64,000 nt of DNA. It comes from Eledone cirrhosa (Eukaryota). The stretch covers positions 291,958,001 through 292,022,000 of the forward strand of contig OZ024740.1 of NCBI GenBank assembly GCA_964016885.1, in the 5' to 3' direction. The notes beneath the pieces are model-generated. The model was not told the origin of the DNA. It searched no databases and worked only from the letters and a program-made list of their open reading frames with translations. The translations under genes and the position numbers were made by a program. This document shows positions 26,773 to 39,535 of the stretch, piece after piece (within the stretch, counting starts at the first letter, position 1; each line of letters opens with the position of its first letter).

Positions 26773-26840
26773 TTTCTTACAACATAGCTATGATGTTTCA
26801 GTAAAACGAGAAGGAAGTTCACTAAGCTTCATCAGAGAAA
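26773..26840 (-). ncRNA. Type I hammerhead ribozyme
   Basis: UUUCU-CUGAUGA-AG..CU-GAAA-CAUCAUAGCUAUGUU-GUA-AGAAA; stem III contains the palindrome CAUAGCUAUG. Confidence 0.65.
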
Positions 26841-27214
26841 TAATGTGGTGTTATTGGTGACCATCACTCACGCACACACAATATATATATATCGTCATCG
26901 TTGTTTAACATCAATTTTTCCATGCTTGCATGGGTTATACATTATGAAGCAAGTCAGGTTAGGTGACCACATCTTATTCATACAGATCTCTATTTTGGTT
27001 TGGTTTCTATGGCTGGATGCCCTTTCCGAAAGCCAACCATATTGCAATGTGGACTGGGTGCTTTTTGTTGTGTCGCCAACATGACCACCTTACAGGGTGT
27101 GTAGCGAATGCAATCAGACTGATTTAAACTTATGTCCCCAGGCTAGCTAGGTAGGTCATGTGACCAGACATGGCCTTGTAGATATTTAGTTTCTTTGTTC
27201 AGGACTTGTGTTGC

Positions 27215-27740
27215 CAGATTGTCTAGAGGAGCAGTTAGCTAGAGGTCATCTGAGATTGTCATGAAATAATGCTGTCCTCCCTCAGATGTCCAGTAGCAGT
27301 TGGCTAGAGGTCATCTGGGATTGTCGGGAGATAATGTTGTTCTCCCTCAGATGTCCAGTAGCAGTTGGCTAGAGATCATCTGGGATTGTCGGGAGATAAT
27401 GTTGTTCTCCCTCAGATGTCCAGTAGCAGTTAGCTAGAGGTCATCTGAGATTGTGAGAAGATAATGTTGTCCTCCCTCAGATGTCCAGTAGCAGTTAGCT
27501 AGAGGTCATCTGAGATTGTGAGAAGATAATGTTGTCCTCCCTCAGATGTCCAGTAGCATTTAGCTAGAGGTCATCTGGGATTGTCAGGACATAACACTAC
27601 CCTCCCTCAGTTGTCCAGTATCAGTTAGTTAGAGCTCACCTGGGATTGTCAGGACATAACACTATGCTCCCTCAGTTGTCCAGGAGCAGTTAGCTAGAGG
27701 TTGTCAGGAGATAACACTATCCTCTCTTGGCTGTCCAAGC
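27215..27740 (+). repeat. 65-bp minisatellite, ~8 copies
   Basis: CTCAGWTGTC recurs at 27281, 27346, 27411, 27476, 27541, 27606 and 27671. Confidence 0.95.
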
Positions 27741-30432
27741 AGTCAGTACACATCAGTTGGTTCCATCAACCAGAACTATGTAGTTGTCCATAAATTCACT
27801 CAGCCTTTAAGTTGGCGAGCTTTATCAACAAAAGTTAGTTATATACAAACTTTAACACATTTACTTCAAACATCCATGGCAAAATATCACACAAACAGTC
27901 ACACAATTTTACTGTGAATGTCTTTGCTTTTCCTATATTGTCACAATGACTTTGAAGCAAGTTATTAGTTAATAAAATTATTTAAGTAGTGGCAATTGTT
28001 ATACTGGCTCTGTAAAACATATATCTCAACTCACCGAGACATACACACAGCGTTCATATAGGACAGATCAACTTACAGATTTACCCATCAAGCCAACGTT
28101 TTACTGCTACAAAGTTCCTGCTACACCACAATGAAACACTGACTAATACAGACAACAACACAAATAACATCAAATTCAGCCACCTGCTGGAGGTGGACTG
28201 AGTGTTTTTTTCTCATGTCACCAACATAACCACTATACAAGGTGGACAGGAAGCCTCTTTATAGGACAGACTCGGTGCTTTTGTTGTGGCACCAGATCAC
28301 CATACAGGGTGGACTTAGTACTTATTTTTGTGTGTGTAGATATATATATGTATATGAATAAACATTGTTGTCTCTGATCGAGACGAAGCAAGAGTGGATT
28401 TAAATTCATAGAAAAATGAGAAAACATATTGCTAGAACAGCCGTTAAAACAGTCAAATGCTGTCAATGGCAACAATGGGCAAAAATGCCTCTGGCCAGTG
28501 GTCGGCAGAGAGACAATCCACGAGGTGGGTGACAGATATGTAAGACATATCTCTGTGTTGTAAGAGGTGGCTAAAAGGGCATCTGGCTATAAAACATAAC
28601 CTCAAAAAGGACCACACAATGTGTATGAAGTTTGTCATGGAGTTTACAATTTGAGCCCTTACTGTAGAAGAAAAGTGTCTTTAAAAACATTTGCTGTTTT
28701 GAGTATTTATAATAGAGATAAGGCAGTGAATTGGCTGAGTTCTTAGAACATCGGATAGCATACTTTATGGTAATTGTTCCAGCTCCCTGCTCTCTGAGTT
28801 CAAATCCCACCGAGGTCAACTTTGCCATTCTTCCTTTCGAGGTTGATAAAAAAAAAAGAGTACCAGTCTAGTACTGAGGTTGATTGATCCTCTCTGGAAG
28901 AAATCTGCTGTACTCAGGCCTGAAGTGGGATGGGCTCCACCAGGCTTAAAATGGCCAAGAAACGCTGTGTGTCAATATGGCGCCCCTATGACTATCAGAA
29001 GTTACAGGACCATACCATACCAAAATAGAGATAAATACATGTAAGTTGACAGCAATACCATACTCTTGCAAATGATGTTTTATACAAGTATCCCACTGAT
29101 TTACCAGGAATGATAGCTGGAGGGAATGGTGAAGTATGACCTTCATACATTGTAGATCAACAAAGAGAAAAATAGATGTAAAACTATAAAAAAAAAAATC
29201 CTGCTATAAACTGAAAATAGGTATATCAATGGTGGTGCCCCAGCATGGCCTCAACCTGTCGGCTATAACATGTAATAGAGTAATAAAGTAATATATATAA
29301 TTTGATTCCTGTGTTATTTGCTGTCACAAACATGAATGTGAGGTAGGGTGCTTAGTGTATAATAATAATAATGAAATTATTGTGTACAGTGCTCAGGTGC
29401 ACTACAACTCGTCAAGGGTGCATGTATAGTACGTATAATTGTTTCTACTTTTGGCACCAGGCCAGCAATTAACCAGTACATTACTGGTACTTTATTTTAT
29501 CGACCCCGTAAGGATGAAAGGCAAAGTTAACTTCGGCGGGATTTGAACTCAGACCATAAAGGGACATAACTCTATGCGTCAAAGCATGGCGTCCGACCCT
29601 CTAATAATTGTTTCTGATATTGGCACAAGGCCAGCAATTCTAGGGGAGGGAAAAGTCGATTAAAATCCGCCCAGTGCGTGACTGGTACTTTATTTTATCG
29701 ACCCTGTAAGGATGAAAGGCAAAGTTAACCTCGGCGGGATTTGAACTCAGATCATAAAGGGCCATAACTCTATGCTGCAAAGTTAACCCAGCTAGTATAG
29801 ATTAATTTTTTTTATCTGTCTGGCTTGTACTCTCATAAATAGGGTCATTTAAATTTAATACATAATATATATATATAACTAAACTTGAGAACTAGGAGAA
29901 CTGGTGAGATTATGTTTTGCCAAAGAGATCTAATAAGATAGGAACACCAAGGACTATCACTATACTCACAAAGACCAAGACTTACTGCATTACTTAAAAA
30001 AAACTTGGTGTTGTTTCCCTTGCCTTTCGCGCCTAGAATTAATCTAAGTTATACAAAGTTTTCCTCATAGTTGTATAAATAACATTACAAATTGTTTACA
30101 ATTCTTTCAGAATGAAAATATAAACACAAATATAAATACACATTATAAATACAATTAACTATTTCAAGGAACCTCACAAATGTAACGCACCAAAATATAC
30201 GATCAAAGCGAGAGAAAGAAAAGAAATTAAAGGAAGCAAAAACAAAAACGACTATCAATTCACCAAGTGCGAGAATCGGTCACACATCACATCACAAGGG
30301 ACACCGGACATTTTTAAAGTAATCCAACAGGCTGGTAGCATTACTGTGTGTGATGGCGAGGCTAAGGCTCTGAAACAAGCAAGCACCCTCATCAGCATTA
30401 CTTATCACCTCGGTGAGGCAGAGCTGCTTGTG

Positions 30433-30748
30433 ATCAAGAAATGTTAATTTATTAACATTACATCTATAAACAAGACATTAACTTAATGATGACAATAACT
30501 TCGCTGTCAGCGACCAAACGTCTCGATTACCACAGGCTGGAAAAAATAATTGTTTGATAGTTCCCGGTATTTTCGGATTTTATTCCTGCTGAGCGGAATA
30601 AAATCCGAAAATATCGGGAAATATCAAACAATTATTTTTTCCAGCCTGTGGTAATCGAGACGTTTGGTCGCTGACAGCGAAGTTATTGTCATCATTAAGT
30701 TAATGTCTTGTTTATAGATGTAATGTTAATAAATTAACATTTCTTGAT
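30433..30748. repeat. Near-perfect 316-bp palindrome (154-bp arms, 8-nt spacer)
   Basis: 30433-30586 is the reverse complement of 30595-30748 with about two mismatches. Confidence 0.95.
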
Positions 30749-33700
30749 TCCCTACATTAAACATGTTAGAACAGATTTGACTGAATCTGAGAAGGCTTTG
30801 TGTGAGTAGTAATTAGCTAAAACCTACTACATGGCTCTTTGCAGCTTGTGCTTAATCTCTGACAGTATTGACCCATTGCAGTTGTTGTTGATAATGTATT
30901 TCAGCTATGATCATTTCATCATTTTTACTGACACACTGTATATCCACACCCATATTATCCAATATACCCTTTTGTTTCAGGCAGTAGGGTGTCTGTGGGA
31001 GTCGTACGTACACCGTATTAATATACGGCGTTTCTTGTGTATTTTTAAACCTGGCAAAGCCCAATACTCTCCATGTCTGAGTACTGCAGATTTCTTCCTG
31101 AGAGAGAGTGAGAAAAACATATAGAGGAAGAATCGACTCCAGTCACTTTTTTATCGACCTCGAATAGATGAAAGGCAAAGTTGACTTTGGCGGGATTTGA
31201 ACTCAGAGAGCAGAGAGCCGAAACGAATATCACAAAGTATTATATCCGACGTTCTAACACCTCTGCCAATTCGCTACCTATTTGAGGGAGATTTGGCAGT
31301 TATTTCTAATAGGTCGAATAACCATATAGTCTCATTTATTGGATTGTATTGCTGATGTCGTTGTTGCCGCTGCTGTTATTGTTTAGACTCAATTAGCCTT
31401 GATTAAGCATATCTATAACCAAGAGTGTTTCAGTTACTCTGGAGTTTCGAATAATCACCCCCCCCCCCACTTATTAATTTTCACCCTCCCCCACCATTAT
31501 TCCACCCCACTCTGCTTATTAAATTTTGCTAATCTATTTCCGGTGAAATTTTACTATAAGTGGGAGCATTTCTGTGACAATTATTTTACTTTATACATTA
31601 AAAAACAAAACAAAAAAAAAACACGACAAAAAATAAAGTACATTACTAGAAATCTCATAAGTTATAAAATAAATAGGACTGGTTGGATCTCAATTTGTAA
31701 ACTAAACGACTAATTGTTTCAACGGAAACAACCAAGAAAAATTACCAATTTCCACCCACTCCTGCTTATTTCATCCCCCTTATTGTTTGGGACCGAGAGT
31801 ATGACAATTCCATTTTTTTCTTTCAAAGACATGAAATGCATTTTTAAAATGATGGAATGTGATTTGAGGGCAATTTGATTGCCATTCATAGTAAGTAATC
31901 TCCCATGAGTTGCTTCCCTTGCTGGAAGAATTGAACTTTGCTTTATAAGAATAAAATATCTGTAGATTGCACTTGACAGAAATTCTGAGCACACAAAAAA
32001 AAAATTATGGAAGTTTGCAGTATGGGTTATATTCGTAATTTAAAGCGCCAGGGGATATGTAACTGTGTAATAATCAAACATAATTATAAATATGTGTATA
32101 ATTGTTTATAATTTTTACAGAATGAAAATATAAACACAGATATAAATACATATTTATACTTTTGGCACAAGGCCAGCAATTATCCCAGTGTATTACTGGT
32201 ACTTTATTTTATCGACCCCGTAAGGATGAAAGGCAAAGTTAACTATAAATACATATAATAATACAATTAATTATTGCTAGGAACCTTACAAATATAATTG
32301 TTTCTACTTTTGGCACAAGGCCAGCAATTACCCAGTGCATTACTGGTACTTTATTTTATCGACCCCGTAAGGATGAAAGGCAAAGTCAACCTCGGCGGGA
32401 TTTGAACTCAGATCGTAAAGGGACGTAACTATGCTGGAAAGCATGGCGTCCGACCCTCTACCGATACTGCCAAACGACCGCCCTGGAACCTTACAAATAT
32501 AATGCACAAAATATATGATGAAAGCTAGAAAAAAAAATCATCAATTCACCACCAAGTGCATCAATCAGTCACACACCACACCATACGGGTCAATGGAAAC
32601 TTTCGGGGCAAGCCAACATGCTGGCAGCATTATTGTGGGCGATTGCGAGGCTAAGGCACTGAAGCAACCAGGCACGGTGATCCCCAGGTGGACCAGCAGT
32701 ATCAGTGGTAGGGGTTGAAACTACAAGTCCTTCATCAGAAGATAGAATGAGAAATCGAAAGATAAAATGTAAGAATAGGAAGGAACGGAAAAATCTTTGA
32801 GAAAATAAATACATGTGAGTACTCAGTCAGCCTCATGTGTGTGTGTCTGTGTGTAATAGAGAGGATTCTTCCGTCTAGATGAATATGTGACAACCACTTT
32901 AATGTTGGCGCCATGAAAAACGCCCTCAGTATACTCTGTAAAGTGGCAGTGGTGGTGGTACCATGAAAAACAAAAATGCACCCAGAACACTCTGTAACAC
33001 GTTAGAGGTGATGCTATGAGAAAACACACCCAATATGGTGATTGGTGTGAAGAGGGGCATCCAGTCATAGAAACCATGCCAAATATGGTACATACGAGCA
33101 AGCTGAGATTGCTCTGACCTGTCCGGTTTTGGATTGTGACAGTTAGTCCAATCGATGCTAGTATGGAAAATGGACATAAAATGATTATTGTAATGATGAC
33201 AATGTCCCAGAGAAATTAAAAGAGAACTAAATGTTGATTTCTTGGCATAAATAGAATACTTAGATCTATTTGAAGAAGGGATTACAATACAATCTTAAAA
33301 TATTACTAGAAAGCCAATTCCTCCCAATCGAATTTTAAACAGTCCTAGAAATCTAAGATATCTATAATGTAGATATAACAACAATATTTTAAATTATAAG
33401 CTCCACTGTGAAAATGAACAAATGCAAACACATTTTTGTTATTCTTTCTGTATAAAAGAGAAACATAGATTGCATTTATGCTTTTCATAATTTTTTGGCT
33501 GTTCATCAGAGGAAGACTATCCTTATACTTTTGTCTCCAGAGAGAATTCAGAGTAGTTGCTATTTATGTCAAACATAAACCAAAGCAGGAAAGAATTGCT
33601 GGACAGTTTTTACAGACAAAACCAACAGGCAGGAGACCCAGGGATAGACCCTGAGCAACATGGCTGGATAACATTCACGAGCTTGGCTGGTCTCGCTTGG

Positions 33701-34647
33701 GGATCCAGCAAGATCAGTTGGAAACAGTTGCTTCTGACAGGACCTTCTAGAAGTAGTGTTTGAAGACTCAGCCACTATGACCCTCTCAGGAATAAGTGGG
33801 TGAAGAAGAAGATAAACTAAAGCTTAACTTAATGCATAAGATGCATTCATTTAACAATGTAAATTAACTAAATAATAAAGATTTATGTACAACCCAGTGT
33901 GTATTAGAAAATCTAACATACATTTAATGTAGATCTAACTAAACTGGCTATTTCAGTTTATGTTCATTTAATAATTGACCACACTGTTGTGAAATGTGTT
34001 AGGGTAATCTCTTGTGTATGGAGAGACTAAGAAAAGTGTGTTTACACTTGTTCATTTTCACTTTGAGGCTTGTAATATAAAAACAAAACTGTAGTTATAT
34101 CTATATATCTAAAACAGAGAATGTCTGTTTGTCTATCTGACTCCCTAAAACTCGAGAACCACCCAACCGATTGTTTTCAAACTTTACACATGTAATACTT
34201 ATGGTCCAGTGAGTGTTATGAGCAAAATAAATTTCAAATGTTCAATGCCCTAGCGTTGCGCCCTTATAATATCTTTCTGTATGTCTGGCTGTCTGCATTA
34301 CGACATTATGACGTCGCTATATGTGTGTGTGTATATATATGTATATATATAGTGTGTGTATATATATATATATAGTGTGTAACGTTTTTCGAAATATTTA
34401 CTTCTGCGTTCACAGATTGATTTCTTTAGTTTCAGAAGGTCCCGTTAAGGGTGAAAGCAGCGATTCTTTGCTTAAACTTTAATCTGTTATTTTAATATAT
34501 ATATATATATATATATGCAAAAGTTTTATTTAAAATTGTTGGGTTACAACGAGTAAATATTTTATAACTGATATAAAAGCACTCAACAGGTTTTGGAGTA
34601 GGTTTACGATATTAAACAAATGGAAACTATATTTATAAAACCATATT

Positions 34648-34713
34648 TATTTCATTATATATATTTCAGGGATATCATATTAAAAATATGGCATGCCTTC
34701 CTCAGACAAAATA
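34648..34713 (-). ncRNA. Type I hammerhead ribozyme (left arm of inverted pLTR)
   Basis: UAUUUUGU-CUGAGGA-AGGC..CCCU-GAAA-UAUAU-AUA-AUGAAAUA. Confidence 0.75.
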
Positions 34714-36020
34714 CAATATATAAACCGTTTTATAAATAAATTTGACATACCTTAAACAGTGCAACTTCCATTTAAAAAGTTGATTTGGTAGTGAAAATGT
34801 TAATGACAGTTAGAAAGAAAGACGAAGAAAAAGAGAAAAAAAAAAGACGAAGAAAAAGAGAAAAAAGAAGGAAAGTGTATAGTGCTAAGGACGAAGAGAA
34901 GAAGAAAGAGAGTGTATAGTGCTCAGGACAGTTAGAGAAGAAGATGAAGAGATGTATGTAAAGAAAAACAACAGAGCGAGATAGAGAGAGAAAGAGATAT
35001 GGGAGGGAGAGATATATTGAGGAAGTGAAAAATGATAGGCAGCTTGAGGACAGATGATCAGCGTACAAATGAGAGATTAAGGAGGGAAGGGGGTACTGTA
35101 ATTATTTATTTATTTAGTTATTTAGTTATAGTGTTAAGGATACGGAGAGAAATAAGAATAAAATTAAAAATAAAGATAAATAAAGAGAGGTAGAGAGAGA
35201 TATAGGTGGTGGGAGAAAAGAGGTAGATCGAGTAATATCTATCATACGAGGTGGGAGAGATACAGTTAAAACAGCCGATACATAAATCCCGTCAAGTGTA
35301 GAGGAGAAAAAGAAAGAAAGATGATATATTTAAAATATTATGTCTCATCCATTTGAATTATCAATTCATATGAATTAGGTATTATAATGTAAATATCAAT
35401 ATTCATGAATGAGACACATATCAATAATGTGTGAAAAAATGAAAACAATAATGACCCCATGTTTAGTTTAAAAATTCTTAGGTTTATAAGCAAAATCTGA
35501 GATAAAACTTCAAAAATAGTGAAATACATAAGTATATATGTATTTTCATGAAAAAAGAAAAAAAGAAAAAAGAGAAGGTTATCTCAAATTCAAGTTGACA
35601 ATTATAGACACACATGTGAATTTACGTGATCGGCTCTGTAAATTCTTATTTTTCATGAAAATCTTCATTGCGTTACAGAAGATTCCACCATACATATATG
35701 TACACACATATATATATAGACATAAAAATATATATTAATATTAATAATAATATTCTTGCCCTCACTTACATGATTATCGTTCAAGCATAGAATAGACAAC
35801 AGATATCAATACATTAAAAACGCCAAGAATATCTTCGTCACTCCCCAGAGTAACTAAGGACGTAAGAAAACATAGTATGCCATGCATATTAACCACAGAA
35901 AACCACCCTTCCAATTTATTTGACAATATATTGTCAAGTTCATTAGAAGCAATCAGAATCAAAAGCAAACAAAACCAAAATTATTCGACAAAACTTATTT
36001 AGCAGAAATCATTAAAAAAA

Positions 36021-36287
36021 AATAATAATCACAAGAATTCTTCAACATCACTATCAGGCTTACTCTGGCAACTTAAACATGATAACGTTGGATATTCGAT
36101 CGTTTGGAATATTGTCTCAAAAGGGATTCCTTTTAATTCCTTTTCTGAGACATGTGACCTCTGCGCGGAGGAGATATTCTTTATACTAAAATCTAAAAAT
36201 TCCCTTAATTTACGGACCAATTTATTCAGCTGCTGCAGACATAGATTGAACTCAACTTTTAAATATAAATATAAATTTAAAATGTAG
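36021..36287 (+). pseudogene. C-terminus of Penelope-like GIY-YIG endonuclease (not in ORF track, no start codon)
   Basis: KNSSTSLSGLLWQLKHDNVGYSIVWNIVSKGIPFNSFSETCDLCAEEIFFILKSKNSLNLRTNLFSCCRHRLN...*; parallels STALASKVWEFK...YSIDWSIL...CSLC...LN...CCPH at 44670-44890. Confidence 0.85.
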
Positions 36288-37795
36288 TATATTTACTTAA
36301 GATATTTAACTATTTATGAAACTTGGCGATAAATCTTTCGATTCCATCAATTTTTTAAAACCTTCTGCATGAGTATATAATTAATGAGATTAATTAAACT
36401 ACCCTAAAATGGTGATGTTCCCAATCTATTGAATACATTTTTAAGCTAGATAAACTTCTATAATAAATATAAGAGCATTTGTAGAATAAATTTTTTTGAA
36501 TGATTTCTGCTAAATAAGTTTTGTCGAATAATTTGGTTTTGTTTGCTTTTGATTCTGATTGCTTCTAATGAACTTGACAATATATTGTCAAATAAATTGG
36601 AAGGGTGGTTTTCTGTGGTTAATATGCATGGCATACTATGTTTTCTTACGTCCCTAGTTCCTCTGGGGAGTGACGAAGATATTCTTGGCGTTTTTAATGT
36701 ATTGATATCTGTTGTCTATTCTATGCTTGAACGATAATCATGTAAGTGAGGGCAAGAATATTATTATTAATATTAATATATATTTTTATGTCTATATATA
36801 TGTATGTACATATATGTATGGTGGAATCTTCTGTAACGCAATGAAGATTTTCATGAAAAATAAGAATTTACAGAGCCGATCACGTAAATTCACATGTGTG
36901 TCTATAATTGTCAACTTGAATTTGAGATAACCTTCTCTTTTTTCTTTTTTTCTTTTTTCATGAAAATACATATATACTTATGTATTTCACTATTTTTGAA
37001 GTTTTATCTCAGATTTTGCTTATAAACCTAAGAATTTTTAAACTAAACATGGGGTCATTATTGTTTTCATTTTTTCACACATTACTGATATGTGTCTCAT
37101 TCATGAATATTGATATTTACATTATAATACCTAATTCATATGAATTGATAATTCAAATGGATGAGACATAATATTTTAAATATATCATCTTTCTTTCTTT
37201 TTCTCCTCTACACTTGACGGGATTTATGTATCGGCTGTTTTAACTGTATCTCTCCCACCTCGTATGATAGATATTACTCGATCTACCTCTTTTCTCCCAC
37301 CACCTATATCTCTCTCTACCTCTCTTTATTTATCTTTATTTTTAATTTTATTCTTATTTCTCTCCGTATCCTTAACACTATAACTAAATAACTAAATAAA
37401 TAAATAATTACAGTACCCCCTTCCCTCCTTAATCTCTCATTTGTACGCTGATCATCTGTCCTCAAGCTGCCTATCATTTTTCACTTCCTCAATATATCTC
37501 TCCCTCCCATATCTCTTTCTCTCTCTATCTCGCTCTGTTGTTTTTCTTTACATACATCTCTTCATCTTCTTCTCTAACTGTCCTGAGCACTATACACTCT
37601 CTTTCTTCTTCTCTTCGTCCTTAGCACTATACACTTTCCTTCTTTTTTCTCTTTTTCTTCGTCTTTTTTTTTTCTCTTTTTCTTCGTCTTTCTTTCTAAC
37701 TGTCATTAACATTTTCACTACCAAATCAACTTTTTAAATGGAAGTTGCACTGTTTAAGGTATGTCAAATTTATTTATAAAACGGTTTATATATTG

Positions 37796-37861
37796 TATTT
37801 TGTCTGAGGAAGGCATGCCATATTTTTAATATGATATCCCTGAAATATATATAATGAAATA
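37796..37861 (+). ncRNA. Type I hammerhead ribozyme (right arm of inverted pLTR)
   Basis: Same motif as 34648-34713 in sense orientation near the 3' end of the element. Confidence 0.75.
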
Positions 37862-37978
37862 AATATGGTTTTATAAATATAGTTTCCATTTATTTAATAT
37901 CGTATATATATATATATATATATATATAAATCAGGAAAGAAGAGTGACACGGTTTGCTATACAAAAAAGGTTTTTAAT

Positions 37979-38096
37979 CTCATTACTGACAATTGTTTCT
38001 CTGAACTGGTAGGTCTAGAGATCGCTATCCGCTTGTTTTCACGTTATTCGATCACTAATACAAAGTTATAACCAGTCAATTCATCGGAGCTTGTGA
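37979..38096 (-). ncRNA. Hammerhead-like motif with CCGAUGA core and long stem II
   Basis: Inverted twin of 39417-39535. Confidence 0.55.
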
Positions 38097-39416
38097 AAAT
38101 GAAAGGAATATACAGGCATGGCTACTATATATAGTAGTAACGGCATTCAATCAGAACAATAACAACAATACTAACAATGCTAGCAATAAATTATTTGAAA
38201 TAATCACAACATCAATCTAGGTGAGAAATATAGTATATCTACGATTTTAACGTGTAAAACTAGCTGACATGAAGCAGATGTATAAAATTGACATGTAAAA
38301 GTTGTCATGGAGTGTATTATATCTAGTGTAAAGATAAGCCGGTGGCTTTAAACAATGTAGGTCTGGTGGCCGTAAGAATCATTTATTATCTGACAGATGA
38401 AAAATTTATCACTTTAGTGAGGGTAGTAATATTTGTGTGGTCTATATTAGATGAAAGGATTGTTTAGCTTTCTCATCATCAATAACATACATGTACAAGA
38501 CAAGATTAACAGAGTAGCAATATAATAGTAGCAATATAATTGTTAGAAAGATCAATCTTCTGCAGACACAGGATCGCCACTAAATTCACAAGATTTAAGC
38601 CTCCGTGAATCGAACCAACGTAACTTAGCTTTCAACTTAGGATACCCACTATGCTGCACGAACCACCACAGAAATATAATCATTAAGTACATTCTAGCCT
38701 TCTTAATTCTATACCACACTAATGTCTGTAAGTACCTTATCAACCCATAAATATATCTCTTCTCTTCTCAGCTGCTGTCAACACAACTCCCTCACCCTTG
38801 ACTCTCAACAAATGAACCTAAATCCAAGAACATTTCAAAATACTACTACAGCTGAACTTTACCTTCCTCTTGTTATAATTGTAGTCAGCATGTTTTCTCT
38901 TTATATATATATTTATGTATATATATATATATATATTGCCTCCTTAACCTCTGTATTAACTTGCCTATTATATTGCTACTCTGTTAATCTTGTCTTATAC
39001 ATGTATGTTATTGATGATGAGAAAGCTAGACAATCCTTTCATCTAATATAGACCACACAAATATTGAACCTAACACCACAAATATTACTACCCTCACTAA
39101 AGTGATAAATTTTTCATCTGTCAGATAATAAATGATTCTTACGGCCACCTGACCTACATTGTTTAAAGCCACCGGATTATCTTTACACTAGATATAATAC
39201 ACCCCATGACAACTTTTACATGTCAATTTTATACATCTGCTTCATGTCAGCTAGTTTTACACGTTAAAATCGTAGATATACTATATTTCCCACCTAGATT
39301 GATGTTGTGATTATTTCAAATAATTTATTGCTAGCATTGTTAGTATTGTTGTTATTGTTCTGATTGAATGCCGTTACTACTATATATAGTAGCCATGCCT
39401 GTATATTCCTTTCATT

Positions 39417-39535
39417 CTCACAAGCTCCGATGAATTGACTGGATATAACTTTGTATTGGTGATCGAATAACGTGAAAACAAGCGGGTAGCGATCTCTAGA
39501 CTTACCAGCTCAGAGAAACAATTGTCAGCAATGAG
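39417..39535 (+). ncRNA. Hammerhead-like motif with CCGAUGA core and long stem II
   Basis: CUCA-CAA-GCU-CCGAUGA-(~80 nt closed by UGACUGG/CCAGCUCA)-GAAA-CAAUU-GUC-AGC-AA-UGAG; palindromic stem III ACAAUUGU. Confidence 0.6.

Larger units (their letters stand above)
34540..37904 (+). mobile_element. 5'-truncated Penelope-like element (Naiad-type) with ~1.4-kb inverted pseudo-LTR
   Basis: Arms ~34605-36020 and ~36491-37904 are near-identical reverse complements. The spacer encodes a PLE endonuclease C-terminus and each arm has a hammerhead; (TA)n flanks. Confidence 0.85.

Noticed and set aside
27215-27740. 65-bp periodic array as CRISPR or coding repeat
   Set aside because: Whole unit is repeated with no unique spacers; period is not a multiple of 3.
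33480-33515. Minus-strand CUGAUGA...GAAA
   Set aside because: No stem II, stem III or stem I complement. Isolated cores near 30388 and 40497 were rejected for the same reasons.
35774-37737. Duplicated ORFs (64, 63, 98 aa) on opposite strands as genes
   Set aside because: By-products of the inverted pLTR; low complexity, no recognisable domains.
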